DNA of 64,000 nucleotides from Hemiscyllium ocellatum (GCF_020745735.1 NC_083402.1:115154213-115218212); one strand, 5' to 3'; positions 1 through 13,049 are shown, counted from the first letter of the stretch. The notes: generated by a model not told the origin, from the sequence alone. Translations and numbers: made by a program.

Positions 1-807
1 TTGGAAACCAGCATCTCAGCACACTGCCAGTACCAGATGGGAGCAGGCTTGAGGGAATGTTGGACAAGGCATTGGGAAGCAGCGTGAATGCAACAAAACT
101 ATGGGGATGGGTTTTTGCTTGGTTCTGGGGACCCAGCACTCAACTTACAATTAACCTATAGCCTGCAGGATTAAACCTGCCAGGCTGCACATGATGTCTC
201 AGCCTCGTCTATCAAATCAGAGCAGCAATGGGATGAGGTCCTCCACTGAGCATTAAATGCTCCTTAAAGGAGCTGAATTGGCCCATAGGTTGATCATATC
301 CATGACTCTACTACTGCTTGTGAATTTGTGATTGGAGCAGGGATCGACAGGTTGGTGATGGGCATGGTGCTCTAATTGACATGTTCATCCACCTCGTTTC
401 AAGCCCATAAGTAGCCTGTAAAATGCATCGTGACAGCATAGGCTGCCGCTACTGCTGCTGAATCTGAGAGACTTCAGTCACTGATTATTTTACCACTGAG
501 GACCTGAAACAAGGATTAGGGTCTCTCACTTACAAATGCAGGAAAGCTAACACCTGCTTCATGTTGGAGTCATGAGTAATTGGGCTATGGCTCGAGTTGC
601 TGAGGCGACAATTCTACCCTGCTGGTAATTGGACGCAAGGCATCACTCTCCAAAATTGGCTCAGGATCCACTTGCTTTTGGATGCATAGCAACCTGGTAG
701 AGAAAGCAGTATTAAATGTCAACAATGGAATCATACAATCAATGGTGGACCTTGAGAGACATAACTAGGCAGCCTGTTTCAGGAGTATAGTCTCTTGGCA
801 CTTCTTT

Positions 808-1167
808 CATTCATTCATGGGGTGTGGGCATCACTGACTAGATCAGCATTCATTGTCCATCCTTAATTGCCCTGAGGGCAGTTAAGAATCAGCCACTTTG
901 CTGTAGGCCTGAGTCACATGTAGGCCAGACCAGGGTAGCAATGGCCACTTTTCTTCCCTAAAGGACATTAGAGAACCAAATGCTTTTTTTTTCCTGACAA
1001 GCAACAATATTATCATAGTCATCATTAGATTCTTAATTCAATATTTTTAAAAATTGAATTCAAATTCCACCATCTGCCATGGCAGCATTTGAACATGTGT
1101 CCCCAGAACATGACTTGCGTCTCCGGATTAACATTCTAGCAATAATACCACTAAGCAATTGCCTCCA
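808..1167 (-). mobile_element. tRNA-headed shark SINE with CR1-like 3' tail (near full length)
   Basis: The minus strand reads a tRNA-like head (GGAGGCAATTGCTTAGTGG, then B-box-like GTTCAAAT) and ends ...GGGCAATTAAGGATGGACAATGAATGCTG...ATGCCCACACCCCATGAATGAA. Homologous copies lie at 15760-16095, 23300-23410 and 37370-37655. Confidence 0.75.
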
Positions 1168-1974
1168 CCGATTTAAAGGTGGGAGCATGTCGGGATTTAG
1201 AGGCAATAAAGTCATGAATATGGGCTTAAATAACAAGTGAACTGAGACAGGAATATCTGTCAATTTCAAAGTTTAATTGTGTTGTTAATTAAGTATTGTA
1301 ATGTGTAGCAGTAAGATTAATGGAAAAATAATTGGCAAATCCAATATGTTCTTAAGCACAACTTTGAAGCTGAGGGCAAAGTGCTACTTTTATGAAAAGA
1401 TGGAGAGCTTACAGCAACCAGCAATTTCTGGAAATTTGAAACTCTTAGCACAACTCTTCAACCACAATAATGATGGTTCATTTGCACATTAATACCAGCG
1501 TGGGTGTTAACTCAAAATTCATGAAAACTTGGCTCAATGTCTTTCATAATGCTGAAAAATTAATTATGGCTAATATTAATTCAGCTGCAGATGAGATCCT
1601 TATTATGGCATAGAAAAAGACCATCAGGCACATAGTGTCCCCATCAGAAAAAAAGCCGAAACTCACCTTCTAGAATGGTGGTCTGCATTCCTGTAGGTTT
1701 TCTGTAGAAAGGCAGTGAAGGTTTCTGCTGCTATTAGACAATTGCTTCCAGATTCTCACCAATTTCAGTGTGAAAGTTATTCCTAAAAGTTCAAGATGTT
1801 TTTGCTGAGTGTTTAAAAAGATTTGATTCCTCAGTGATGAGACCATTTATTTTGACAAGTATGAAATTCAGAGAGAGTAGAGAGAAAAATTACATTATTG
1901 ATCCACTCAAGCCATCTAAAGCTGAGAATGAAGGCTTTTCTTTAATCTTTTATTCAGGGTTGCGATTTACTTTG

Positions 1975-2685
1975 AAGCATAAAGCATACAGAGGGATCTA
2001 GGCATACAGGTCTACTGTTCACTCAAAGTGGCAACAAAAGTGGATAAGATGTTCAAGAGAGCATATGGCACACTTGTCTTCAATGGTCTGTGCATGGAAT
2101 ATATAAATTGGCAATTCATGTTGCAGTTGTATAGAACGTTAGTTAGGCCACATTTGCAATATTGTGTCCAGTTCTGGTCACCACACAACTAGAAGGTTGA
2201 AGAGGGTACAGAAATGGTTTACCAGAATGCCGTCTGGTTTGGAGGGTATTAGCTATGAGAAGAGATTGGACAAAACTAGGTTTGTTTTCAGTTGAATGCT
2301 GAAGGACAAGAAAGGATCTTTCAGAAGTTTACAGAATTGTGGGAGGCATTGATAGACTAGATATTCAGAGTCTTTTTTTCCAAGGGTAAAAATGTTAATT
2401 GCTAGGGGATGTGAGGTAAAAGGTAATTTTAAAGGAAGTATGACAGGCAGGTTTTTATACAGAATGTGATAATTGCCTGGAATGCGCTGCTTGAGGAGGT
2501 GGTGGAGGCAGATGCAATGGTAACATTTTTAAGTGGCATCGTGACAGGTATTTGATTAGGCAGGGAATAGAGAGATATGGATAGGTATCTGCAAAAGATT
2601 TTTAATTTAGAAAAGCATTATGTTTTGGCATGGTCTGGATTGACTGAACAGCCTGTTCTTGTACTGTTCCTTGATTTTTATTGTT
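1975..2685 (+). mobile_element. CR1 LINE 3' fragment (decayed RT C-terminus and 3' UTR)
   Basis: Contains CAGAGGGATCTAGG, TTAGTTAGGCCACATTTG (LVRPHL) and GTCCAGTTCTGGTCACC (VQFWSP); collinear with other CR1 copies in the window. Confidence 0.85.
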
Positions 2686-3564
2686 CAAGCAGCGGTCACA
2701 AACATGTTACTGACTGTGAAACATTTTTAGATGTCCTAAGCTCATGAATTAACATTGACTATAATTATTTTTACAGCATTATTAAATATGTTGAGCTAGT
2801 AGGTTGATACAAGTAAATCCATTATTTACCTTATAGTACTTTCACTGAGAAACATCACTGTTAAGGTTGGGTGCAAGAAACCATACAGATGGGCTGAGCA
2901 GCTGCTTTCCTTATTGTGTGAATTTAAGTAGGTCAATGCAATAATATTACAGTTAGATACTTACTGAGATATCACACATTCTCAAACACATTTTAGACAA
3001 CTGTTAAAATTTATACAAGATGATTTATTATCAAAAGTTTATTGTTTAAGAATAGTTTGTCTGCTTAATAATGAAGTGTGTTGCAGGAGATGCGAGCCAC
3101 CTTAAAAATATGCTTTTATGAGACTAATCATTTCTTCAAAATTATTTTCCCTTAACTTCTGTTAGTAAGTAGATGTCATGACTAAATTCACCAATGGAAA
3201 TAGTTTCTCTCTGTTTAAGACTCAGTCTGAAAGGAATTTCAAACAACAAGAAGGAAAGGTTCACGTTTTCCTTTTTGCCTTCCAGTCTCTTTCTCTACAG
3301 ATTTGTTTGCATAACCATGTTTTCTGAAACCCTATTGTTTGTGCTATTTGAATTTGATCTTTAATTAAGAATTTTTTTTTCCAATTTTTAAAAAAAATTG
3401 AACAGCTTGAACTTCTGATGAATTCTGGAAATGTCTAACATCCCTGATTGAGACGTACCAATGAAGACATTCCCTATTAGGTCTTTGTTTTCACCATGCT
3501 GTCATGTTGACTTTGGAATGAACAGCCTATAATAATGCAGACAACTAAATATTAATATTTTCCG

Positions 3565-3920
3565 TGCTGTAGTGGAGGCTGCACTGTTAGAGGTGTACTT
3601 TTTGAGAAGAGACTTTATACCAAGGTCTAATGTCTTTTATGAAGTGGAGATAAAATATCCCGTGGCACTTTTTCAAAAAAAGAGCAGGAGGGTTCTCTCA
3701 ATGTCCTGGCTAATATTTCTCCCTCAATGAATGCCACTAAACACAGATGATCATGTTCCTATCATATTACTATTTGTTAGATTACTATTTGTTATGAGCA
3801 AATTGGCTGCTGTACTTCCTGATTACAACATTGACCATACCTCAGAAATACTTGACCAAGTGTAAAATGCAGTTGCAATGTCCTGAGGTTGTGAAAGATG
3901 CTATATGATTGCAAGTTTGT
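3565..3920 (+). mobile_element. DeuSINE (SacSINE1/AmnSINE1-like) copy
   Basis: Deu-domain-like GTGGCACTTTTTCAAAAAAAGAGCAGG...GTCCTGGCTAATATTT...CAAATTGGCTGC, then L2-type tail GTCCTGAGGTTGTGAAAGATGCTATAT. Confidence 0.75.
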
Positions 3921-4454
3921 TCTTGTATTGTTGTGCTACATCCTTTTTTACTTCTCTATAGCTTTAAGATGAGCTTGAGGTATTTTAAACACTCTTGGAT
4001 TCTTGACCTGAACACTAGGAATGATATTGACGTTGCCTTCCATCTCCACACAAACCAATGGTTGTGGATGGAAGTCGTGGAAAGAGGTCAAGTTGGTTTT
4101 GTATAAATGTCAAAAGCATCAGTACCCTGAGATTAATTCCAAGTTGAGCCTTGTTCTTAAGATGCTGCTGAATTACAGACACCAGTCATTAGTTAGGATG
4201 TTCTGGAGTTATGCGATTGAGCTAGGTTACATTTTGTTTGAGGTAAATTGGGGACATGTACAGGATAGGGGTGCTTCTCCTGCTGGCAGTGATCTCCAAT
4301 ATTAGCCCAGAGCCTGGTGAACACATTGCAGTGTGCAAGGAAACGTGAAACTTCCTGTTCTTCAACGGACATTAGTTAGACCACTAATACTGACTAGACA
4401 AGTAAGTGCACCCATAGACCTGAGGCAGCATGCAACAACCTAGTTGTTAAAATG

Positions 4455-5035
4455 ACTACAAAATAAACACATTACTGAAGCTTTTCATCTTGGACTTATC
4501 AAGAGAAACTCAAAATGCCATATTCAAAATGATTAATGATGTGTATTGTAGAGAAAATGGTGGGGAGTGGTTGATAATCAAGTCTTATAGTCCTGGAGAA
4601 ATGGATAGGAAATAGTAGGTTCCACCAAGCTCCTGAGCAATTTAAAATGTCAGGGGCTTGTATATTCCTTTTGTTTGTAAGGAAGTAGCGCCAATTAATG
4701 TATGTTATTATCTTAAATTTCTTACTGTTAATGTAATCCTGAACAAACTCAAGATTGCACAGTAATTAAAAGCAAAATACTGCAGATGTTGTAAATCTGA
4801 AATGATCACAGCTGACTCTGGAGAAACTTGAACAGTTCAGCTCTGAAGAAGAGTCATACTGGGATTCCTTCTCTCTCCAGAGATGCTGTCAGACTTAACT
4901 GAATTTCTGAAGCATTTCTGTGTTTTCTCAGCATGTGCTGCCCAGTTACAGAATAACATCTAACAGTAAACTTTTGTGAAACTGGTCATTGGGTTCCTAA
5001 CATGGGCATTTGTTCTGATTAGCATGTTGTGAGTG
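4455..5035 (-). mobile_element. Old Penelope-like element 3' end (family D) with degenerate HHR, interrupted by a family B copy
   Basis: The minus strand gives RCYSVTGQHML...DYINSKKFKII (endonuclease C-terminal-like, homologous to 17460-17610) and UUGAUAA-GUC-CAA-GAU-GAAA-AGCUUC at 4477-4502. Confidence 0.55.
4768..4926. mobile_element. PLE-derived fold-back mini-element, family B (degenerate)
   Basis: Antisense tail AAAATACTGCAGATGTTGTAAATCTGAAA, central CTGAAGAAGAGTCATA, then sense arm CTCTCTCCAGAGATGCTGTCAGAC. Confidence 0.7.
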
Positions 5036-7881
5036 AGAGCCCCAGATACTGTGGAGAAGGTGGAATATACTGATCTCAGGAATTGATTCCAAACAGTCAT
5101 TTTGTACTAAAATACAGGTATAAAAATATTCAGAAACCTACCTTTATCAATTTTCATAACTTCAATATTTACTCATTGTGTTTCACACTGAAGGTTGTTT
5201 GCCCATCCTCTGTCCAAGTGCTCCAATTTTTCTAATTACTGTGAACAATAATAACTCTTTTCAGCCCAGTCTGTCAAATTTAAACATTACCTTTTCAAGA
5301 TCACATAAGATAGAGTCGTAGAGTCATAGAGATGTACAGCATGGAAACAGACCCGTTGGTCCAACCCATCCATGCCGACAAGATATCCCAACCAATCTAG
5401 TCCTACCTGCCAGCACCCGGCCCATATCCCTCCAAGCCCTTCCTATTCATAGAACCATCCAAATGCCTCTTAAATGTTGCAATTGTACAAGCCTCCATCA
5501 CATCCTCTGGCAGCTCATTCCATACACGTACCACCCTCTGCGTGAAAAGGTTGCCCCTTAGGTCTCTTTTATATCTTTCCCCTCTCACCCTAAACCTATG
5601 CTTTCTAGTTCTGGACTCCCTGACCCCAGAGAAAAAGACTTTGCCTATTTATCCTATCCATGCCCTTCATAATTTTGTAAACAATTATAAGGTCACCCCT
5701 CAGCCTCTGACATTCCAGGGAAAACAGCACCAGCCTGTTCAGTCTCTCCCTGTAGCTCAGATCCTCCAACCCTGGCAACATCCTTATAAGTCTTTTCTGA
5801 ACCCTTTCAAGTTTCACAACATCTTTCCAATAGGAAGGAGATCAGAATTGCATGCAATATTCCAACAGTGGCCTAAACAATGTCCCTGTACAGCCACAAC
5901 ATGACCTCCCAACTCCTGTACTCAATACTCTGACCAATAAACCAAAGCATACCAAATGCTTTCTTCATTATCCTATCTACCTGCGACTCCACTTTCAAGG
6001 AGCTATGAACCTGCACTCTAAGGTCTCTGTTCAGCAACACTCCCTAGTACCTTACCATTAAGTGCATAAGTCCTGCTAAGATTTGCTTTCCCAAAATGCA
6101 GCACCTCGCATTTATCTGAATTAAACTCCATCTGCCACTTCTCAGCCCATTGGCCCATCTGGTCAAGATCCTGTTGTAATCTGAGGTAACCCTCTTCACT
6201 GTCCACTACACCTCCAATTTTGGTGTCATCTGCAAAATTACTAGCTGTACCTCTTATGCTCGCATCCAAATCATTTATGTAAATGACGAAAAGTAGAGGG
6301 CCCAGCACTGATCCTTGTGGCACTCCACTGGTCACAGGCCTCCAGTCTGAAAGACAACCCTCCACCACCACCCTCTGTCTTCCACCTTTGAGCCAGTTGT
6401 ATCCAAATGGCTAGTTCTCCCTGTATTCCAAGAGATCTAACCTTGCTAATCAATCTCCCATGGAGAACCTTGTCGAACGCCTTACTGAAGTTCATATAGA
6501 TCACATCTACTGCTCTGCCCTCATGAATCTTCTTTGTTGCTTCATCAAAAAAACTCAGTCAAGTTTGTGAGATATGATTTCCCATGCACAAAGCCATGTT
6601 GACTATCCCTAATCAGTCCTTGCCTTTCCCAATACATGTACATCCTGTCCCTCAGGATTGCCTCAAACAACTTGCCCACCACCGAGGTCAGGCTCACTGG
6701 ATTATAGTTCCCTGGCTTGTCCTTACCACCTTTCTTAAACAGTGGCACCATGTTTGCCAATCTCCACTCTTTCGGCACCTCACCTGTGACTACCGATGAT
6801 ACAAATATCTCAGCAAGAGGCCCAGCAATCACTTCTCTAGCTTCCCACAGAGTTCTCAGGTACACCCGATCAGGTCCTTGGGATTTATCCACCTTTAACC
6901 ATTTCAAGGCATCCAGCACTTCCTCCTCTGTAATCTGGACATTTTGTAAGATGTCACCATTTATTTCCTTCCATCTATATCTTCCATATCCTTTTCCACA
7001 GTAAATACTGATGCAAAATATTCATTTTGTATCTCTCCCATTTTCTGTGGCTCCACACAAAGGCTGCCTTGCTGATCTTCGACAGGCCCTATTCTCTCCC
7101 TAGTTACCCTTTTGTCCTTAATATATTTGAAAAAACCCTTTGGATTCTCCTTAATTCTATTTGATAAAGCTATCTCATTTCCCCAGTTTTGCCCTCCTGA
7201 TATCCCTCTTAAGTATACTCCTACTTTCTTTATACTCTTCTCAGGATTCACTCAATCTATCCTGTCTATACCTGACATTTGCTTCCTTCTTTTTCTTAAC
7301 CAAACCCTCAATTTCTTTAGTCATCCAGCATTCCCTATACCAATCAGCCTTTCCTTGCACCCTGACAGGAATATACTTTCTTTGCATTCTTGTTATCTCA
7401 TTTCTGAAGACTTCCCATTTTCCAGCCGTCCCTTTACCTGCGAACATTTGCCTCCAATCAGCGTTTGAAAGTTCTTGCCTAATACCTTTAGATCTGGTCT
7501 ATCCTTTTCCATCACTATTTTAAAACGAATAGAATTATGTTCACTGGCCCCAAAGTGCTCCTCCACTGACATCTCAGTCACCTGCCCTGCCTTACTTCCC
7601 AAGAGTAGGTCAAGTTTTCACCTTCTCTAGTAGGTACATCCACATACTGAATCACAAAATTATCTTGTATGCACTTAAGAAATTCCTCTCCATCTAAACC
7701 TTTAACACTATGGCAGTCCCAGTATATGTTTGGAAAGTTAAAATCCCCTACCATAACCACCTTATTATTCTTACAGATAGCTGAGCTCTCCTTACAAGTT
7801 TGTTTCTCAATTTCCCTCTGACTATTGGGGTGTCTAAAATACAATCCCAATAAGCTGATCATCCCTTTCTTGTTTCTCAGT

Positions 7882-7915
7882 TTCCTGATGAAGGGCTTAT
7901 GCTCGAAACGTCGAA
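7882..7915 (+). ncRNA. Minimal type I hammerhead ribozyme motif, core intact
   Basis: uuc-CUGAUGA-A-GGGC-UUAU-GCUC-GAAA-C-GUC-gaa: both conserved boxes, stem II, palindromic ACGU stem III, GUC cleavage triplet and a 3-bp stem I. Confidence 0.8.
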
Positions 7916-7975
7916 TTCCTTATTCCTGAGATGCTGCCTGGCCTGCTGTGCTTTGACCAGCAACACATTTTCAGC
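7884..7975 (+). mobile_element. PLE pseudo-LTR fragment (family A, tail-less) inserted in CR1 ORF2
   Basis: 92 nt absent from the paralogous CR1 at 42621-42655 and homologous to the 3' end of the PLE at 28305-28400. Confidence 0.9.
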
Positions 7976-8399
7976 CACCCAAATAACTTCCCTGGATGTA
8001 TTTCTGGGAATATCCTCCCTTAGCACAGCTGCAAAGTTATCCCTTATCAAAAATGCCACTCCCCCTTCTCTTTTGCCTCCCTTTCTATCCTTCCTGTAGC
8101 ATTTGTATCCTGGACCATTCAGCTGCCAGTCCTGCCCATCCCTGAGCCATGTTTCCATAATTGCTATGATATCCCAGTCTCATGTTCCTAACCATGCCCT
8201 GAGTTCATCTGCTTTCCCTGTTCGGCTCCTTGCATTGAAATAAATGCAGTATAATTTATTAGTCCTACCTTGTCCCTGCCTGCTCTGACTGTTTGACTCA
8301 CTTCTGTTCTTAACTGTATCCATCTCAGATTGATCTCTTTCCTCACTATCTCCCTGGGTCCCACCCTCCCACCTTAAGTTTAAATCCTCCCTAGCAGTT

Positions 8400-8965
8400 C
8401 CAGCAAATTTCCCTGCCAGTATATTAGTCCCCTTCCAATTTAGGTGCAATCCATCCTTCTTCTACCTCAAAAGAGATTCCAATGATCCAAAAATGTGAAT
8501 CCTTCTCCCATACACTAGCTCCTCTGCCATGCATTCATCTGCTCTATCCTCCTATTCCTGCCCTTACTAGCTCGTAGCACTGGGAGTACTCCAGATATTA
8601 CTACCCTTGAGGACCTCCTTTTTAAAATTCTACCTAACTCTGTAATCTCCCTTCAGAGTCTCAACCTTTTCCCTTCCAATGTCGTTGGTTCCAATGTGGA
8701 CAATGACCTCCTGCTGGCCCCTCTCCCCCGTGAGAACATTCTGCACCATCTCTGAGACATCCTTGATCCTGGCACCAGGGAAACAACACACCATTCTGCT
8801 TTTTCTCTGCTGGCCACAGAAACGTCTGTCTGTACCTTGGACTACAGAAACCCCTAACACAATTGATCTCTTGGAAGCCGAAGTACCCCTTGTTGCATTA
8901 GAGCCAGTCTCAATACCAGAAACTTGGCTATTCATGCTATGTTCCCCTGAGAATCCATCACCTAC
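8400..8965 (-). pseudogene. CR1 ORF1 C-terminal SGNH-esterase-like domain, decayed
   Basis: IVLGVSVV...CCFPGARIKDV...VIVHIGTNDIGR in ORF 8630-9004. Confidence 0.85.
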
Positions 8966-9555
8966 ATGTTTGTCTTTATTTTCTGTAACTGTAAATTTGC
9001 ACATGCAGAAGTGCCGAGATAAGAGGTTGTAGCACTTTTGGAAACTATTTTTTGTTTATGCAGCCAGATTTTTGGAGAGGGTGCAGAAAGATTGAGTTAT
9101 AAGACATTGCCAAATGCCAGCCCTGTTCCATTATATTCAGTATTTTCTCCAGCAAGACAGGGTTGGAATAAAGTCCCCGATCCCGATCACCACTTTCAGA
9201 AACTAGAAGACCACAAGGATCAGAAAATGCTGAGGGGAGGATGGGTGGAAGGCCCACTTTCCATCCATAGTAGATTTTTTTTCTCCAGTAGTTTCAGAAG
9301 CTGTTAGCCCCTCTGGTCCTCACCTTTCACCCTCAATCCATCCCAATGGCCCCTTCATAGCTACTCATATCCTCCAGACAAATCCACACCCCCTCATACA
9401 CTCATGACTTCTCCTACCCCCATGACTGATGCATGTTAATTCATATATTTTCATGCTTCCTCATATTCCCAAGTCAATTTCATACCACTCATCTCGTATT
9501 CACTATGGGCTTGTGGAACCTTGTTGCCATGTAGACATGAAATAAATTAAAGGTC

Positions 9556-10665
9556 AAACATCTAATGCTGTTCCTTTTGTTTAAAAAAGGTAACAGCAAT
9601 AATCTAGGAGATTATAGGACAGTGGGCTTACATCAGTGATAGGGAGATTATTGGAGAAGGTTCTTAGGAACTGTGTTTACTCGTATTTGGAATAGAATGG
9701 AGTTATTAGGGATACTGAACATGGCTCTATGTAGGGGAGGTCTTGTCTCACAAACTTGATTGAATGTTTTGAAGAAGTGACAAAGATGGTTGATTGAGAA
9801 TAAGACAGTGGATGTTCTCCACATGGACTTTACTAAAGCATTTGACAAGGTCCCCCATAGTAGACTGGTCCAAAAGATTAAATCACATGGAATGCATGGT
9901 GAGTTGGTAGGTTGGATACAAAACTGACTAGAGAAGACAGTGTGTAGTTGTGGAGAGTTGTATTTCTGACTGGACGTCTGTGACCAGTGGTGTTCTGCAA
10001 GGATCAGTGCTGGGACCTCTGTTGTTTGTAATTTATATAAATGATTTGCATTAATATATGGATAGTCTGAATAGTAAGTTTGCAGACAACTCAACATTTG
10101 GTAGAGTTGTGGATAGTTAGGAAAGTTGTCAAAGGATAAAGCAGGATATAGACCAGTTAAAAAGTTGGGTAGTGAAATGTCAAACCAAGTTTAATCCTGA
10201 CAAGTGTGAGTTGATGCAGCTTGGGAGGCTAAATGCAAGTGAAAAATATATACATAAAAATGGACTCTAAGGAGCATCAACGTACAGAGAGTTCTTGGCA
10301 TCCAAGTCCATACCTGCCTGAAAGTGGCAACATGTGGATAAGGTGGGTAAAGAAGGTTTATGGTATGCTTGCCTTCATTGCTTGGGGCATTGAGTACAAG
10401 AGTTGGGAAGCTGTTTCACAGTTGTATAAGTTTTGGTTAGGCCACATTTGGAGTATTGGGTGCAATTCTGGTAACCATACTATAGCGATGATGTGGAGAC
10501 TTTTGAGAGGATGCTAAAGATGTTTACCAAGATGTTGACTGGATTAGAGTGTATTAGCGAAACAAGAGCTTGGATTATGTTCACTGGAATGTCGGACGCT
10601 GAAGGACGACCTGATAAAAGTGTGTAAAGTGATAAGAGACGTTGATCGGGTAAAACTCCGGTAAA
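9556..10665 (+). mobile_element. CR1 LINE RT fragment, decayed
   Basis: Coding sequence for VPLFKKG, DFTKAFDKVP, QGSVLGP and FAD; no 3' tail. Confidence 0.9.
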
Positions 10666-11390
10666 ATTCTTCTGCACTTTCCTTCAAGGACTGAACTACA
10701 GTATCCAGAAATGGGCACAATACCCTTAACAATGATTCTACAGAATTATCAATCACTTCTGAAATGTTTCCATGATCAAAAAAAGCAGACTCCAACTTAC
10801 ATGTCCATTTTCTCTATTGATTTCCAAGTATCTTCATTGTGTCTGTTATTATAGTGATTTATACTTTAAATTTACTCGACTCAGGTGCTTGATCAGATTG
10901 TTTCAGCCGTTTCAGTCCCTCCAATCAATAAGTTGATGATGATTTTATTTTGACTCATCATGGTAGTCAATTTCTTTAATCTTTTACTACAGTCCAGTTA
11001 AGCTCTTGATTTGTTTCATTGCTTGCGTTTAGTTCATGTCCTGGTTTTCTTAGAAATATAGTTCAGGTCGCGGCAGGGAATGTTTGCTTCCTCCAATTCC
11101 TTCATTTTGTTGCCTGATTAACTTCAATGTGCATGACTTCTTTAATTTCATGGATTACACATCATTTTTGTTGCATTTCTTTCTTCGACGCCTAACAAGT
11201 TTCCTTGTGCTTTTGTCACAAAGGTTCCACATTGACTAGGCACTGTATCTGTATGGTGCCCCATAGTCTGGTGCAACCTGAAAGCTGGGTACCTGTCCTC
11301 ACATAAAAAGTGCCCTTGCAGCAGCTTTACAATGACAGGTGCTGGTGCACTCCAAAGTGCAACATTAAAGTGAATAAGTGTACTATAAGT

Positions 11391-11740
11391 GGGGGTATTA
11401 CAGTGGCTCAATGGTTTGCACTGCTGCCTCACACCACCAGGGATCTAGGTTTGATTCCACCCTTGGGTGACTGTCTGTATGGAGTTTACACATTCTCCCC
11501 ACTTCTACATGGACTTCCTCCGGTGTGTCTGCACAATCCAAAGATGTGCAGGTTAGGTGGATTGGCCATGCTAAATTACCCATAGTGTCCAGAATGTGGA
11601 GGCTGGGTGGATTAGCCAAGGTAAATGCAGGGTTATGGCGATAAGGTCTGTTTAAATGGGATGGTCTTTGGATGTAGACTTGATTGGCCAAATGACCTGC
11701 TTCCAAATTATAGGGATAAGATTCTATGATTATGATTCTA
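11391..11740 (+). mobile_element. HE1-type SINE (V-SINE)
   Basis: tRNA head CAGTGGCTCAATGGTTTGCACTGCTGCCTCAC, V-domain TGGAGTTTACACATTCTCCCC, CR1-like tail ending ATTCTATGAT. Confidence 0.9.
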
Positions 11741-12297
11741 AATAGATCAGAAATGTGTCAAGGGTCCAACAAAGTCGCTATACGTAGGATACCAAGCGTG
11801 GGTTTATATTAGTCCTACACTTGGAGCATGACCTGAGATGTAAAATGCCAGGTTTCCAAGCTGGAGCTCCCAAAGACAAAGGAGAACTGGAGTGGCTATC
11901 CACCTTACTTTGACTTTCATGTTGGAAATTCTCGGGGTCTAGTTTCTATCCAATGGGTGGGAGAATTGCGCACTGCATTTTAATGAAGTGAGATTAAGTA
12001 ATAATGGTAGTGATAAAGAGCAGAGATCCATGTTAATAGACCTTTTGCTGCTCACTATCAAGAATCTTGTCTTGATATTGACAAGGGTCTCTCTTAACAT
12101 TTAGCCAGTTTTACCAATTTTCTTATCATAGCCTATATCCTTTCCTCAGACAATTCGGTCCTAAATGATAGTTTGCTTAACATTACATTTGTGCATTCGG
12201 TACACTTTGCTTCACTATCCTTATTTTTTTCACTCTTTGTCCTTACCTGCCTCCTGTCCTTGGACCTTGTGTGAAATCATTACAGACTCCTAGCCAT

Positions 12298-12732
12298 GTC
12301 ATGGACTCCCGGCTTCAACGCAAACTCCCATTCTCAATGTAGATTCCTGGCCTCAAGAACCTCGAGGTGAAGCCTGGTGCTGTCTGGAGGCAAGGGCCAG
12401 CATGGCTTGTACCCAAGGGCTGGCACAGATTAAAGGTGAGGCCTGGTGTGGTCTGGAGGCTATGTGCTGGCCCTGACTGGCTTGGAAGGACTGTTATTCT
12501 GAAGTTTTTATTTCTTTAATTTTTCTAATTTATTCCTTTGATTTTGTAATTCTGTACATAAGATGGCACAAAAGTCTGTAGTGTTGGACTTCTTATTTAA
12601 TTTTTCTAATTTTGTAATTAAGAATCTGTACCTAGGTACGTTTGTGCCTAATATAGTGCAGTAAGTGGTGACTTGTAAACCTTTCACTGGACTCATTTGA
12701 GTACGTGTGATAGTAAAGCTAATTCTAATTCT
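12298..12732 (+). mobile_element. Unclassified non-LTR element/SINE 3' part with stem-loop and (AATTCT)n tail
   Basis: Ends TTTCACTGGACTCATTTGAGTACGTGTGATAGTAAAGCTAATTCTAATTCT; has two internal duplicated blocks. Confidence 0.55.
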
Positions 12733-12789
12733 TTTAGCATATATTAGCCTGCATTACGATGCACTTCATTCTGCAATCAGAGATATCAT

Positions 12790-12970
12790 TGAATAATACA
12801 GTACATAAGGGGCCCATCATTTATACATTTATATCAAACTAATCACCACTCCCTACATTTTTTTTCTCAGCCCTTGCAAGTTTTCTTCTTTTCAGGATTT
12901 TATCAATTTCCATATGGAAGTTATTAATTTATCTATTTCCACTATACTTTGAAGCAGATTCCAGATCCTA
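12790..12970 (-). mobile_element. Old CR1-like 3' tail fragment
   Basis: Similar to 22430-22760 (CCCTGCAAATTT...GTTATTATTGAATCT...TTCCA). Confidence 0.5.
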
Positions 12971-13049
12971 GGATTTTTCAAATTAGACACTTCTGATGAA
13001 CAAAAAATGAAACTAAATTTAACGTCAAGGTACATAATTATTTGAACAA

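Larger units (their letters stand above)
5403..8270 (-). pseudogene. CR1 ORF2 (APE endonuclease + reverse transcriptase), multiply frameshifted
   Basis: Motifs CIYFNARS, ETWL, GGVA, VGDFNFP, ASEHN (EN) and KPGNYNPVSLTS, FSKAFDKV, GVPQGSVLGP, FADD (RT) are spread across the provided ORFs. Confidence 0.93.
5308..8965 (-). mobile_element. CR1 LINE (HER1-type), 5'-truncated within ORF1, about 3.6 kb, decayed
   Basis: (CTATGACT)n 3' tail at 5310-5330; ORF fragments encode RT, APE endonuclease and an ORF1 esterase-like domain. Confidence 0.95.

Noticed and set aside
3410-3440. CTGATGA...GAAATGTC hammerhead-like string
   Set aside because: No stem II or stem I pairing and no PLE context.
11391-11470. 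tRNA gene-like A/B boxes here and at other SINE heads
   Set aside because: tRNA-derived SINE heads continuing into V-domain and LINE tail; no complete cloverleaf.
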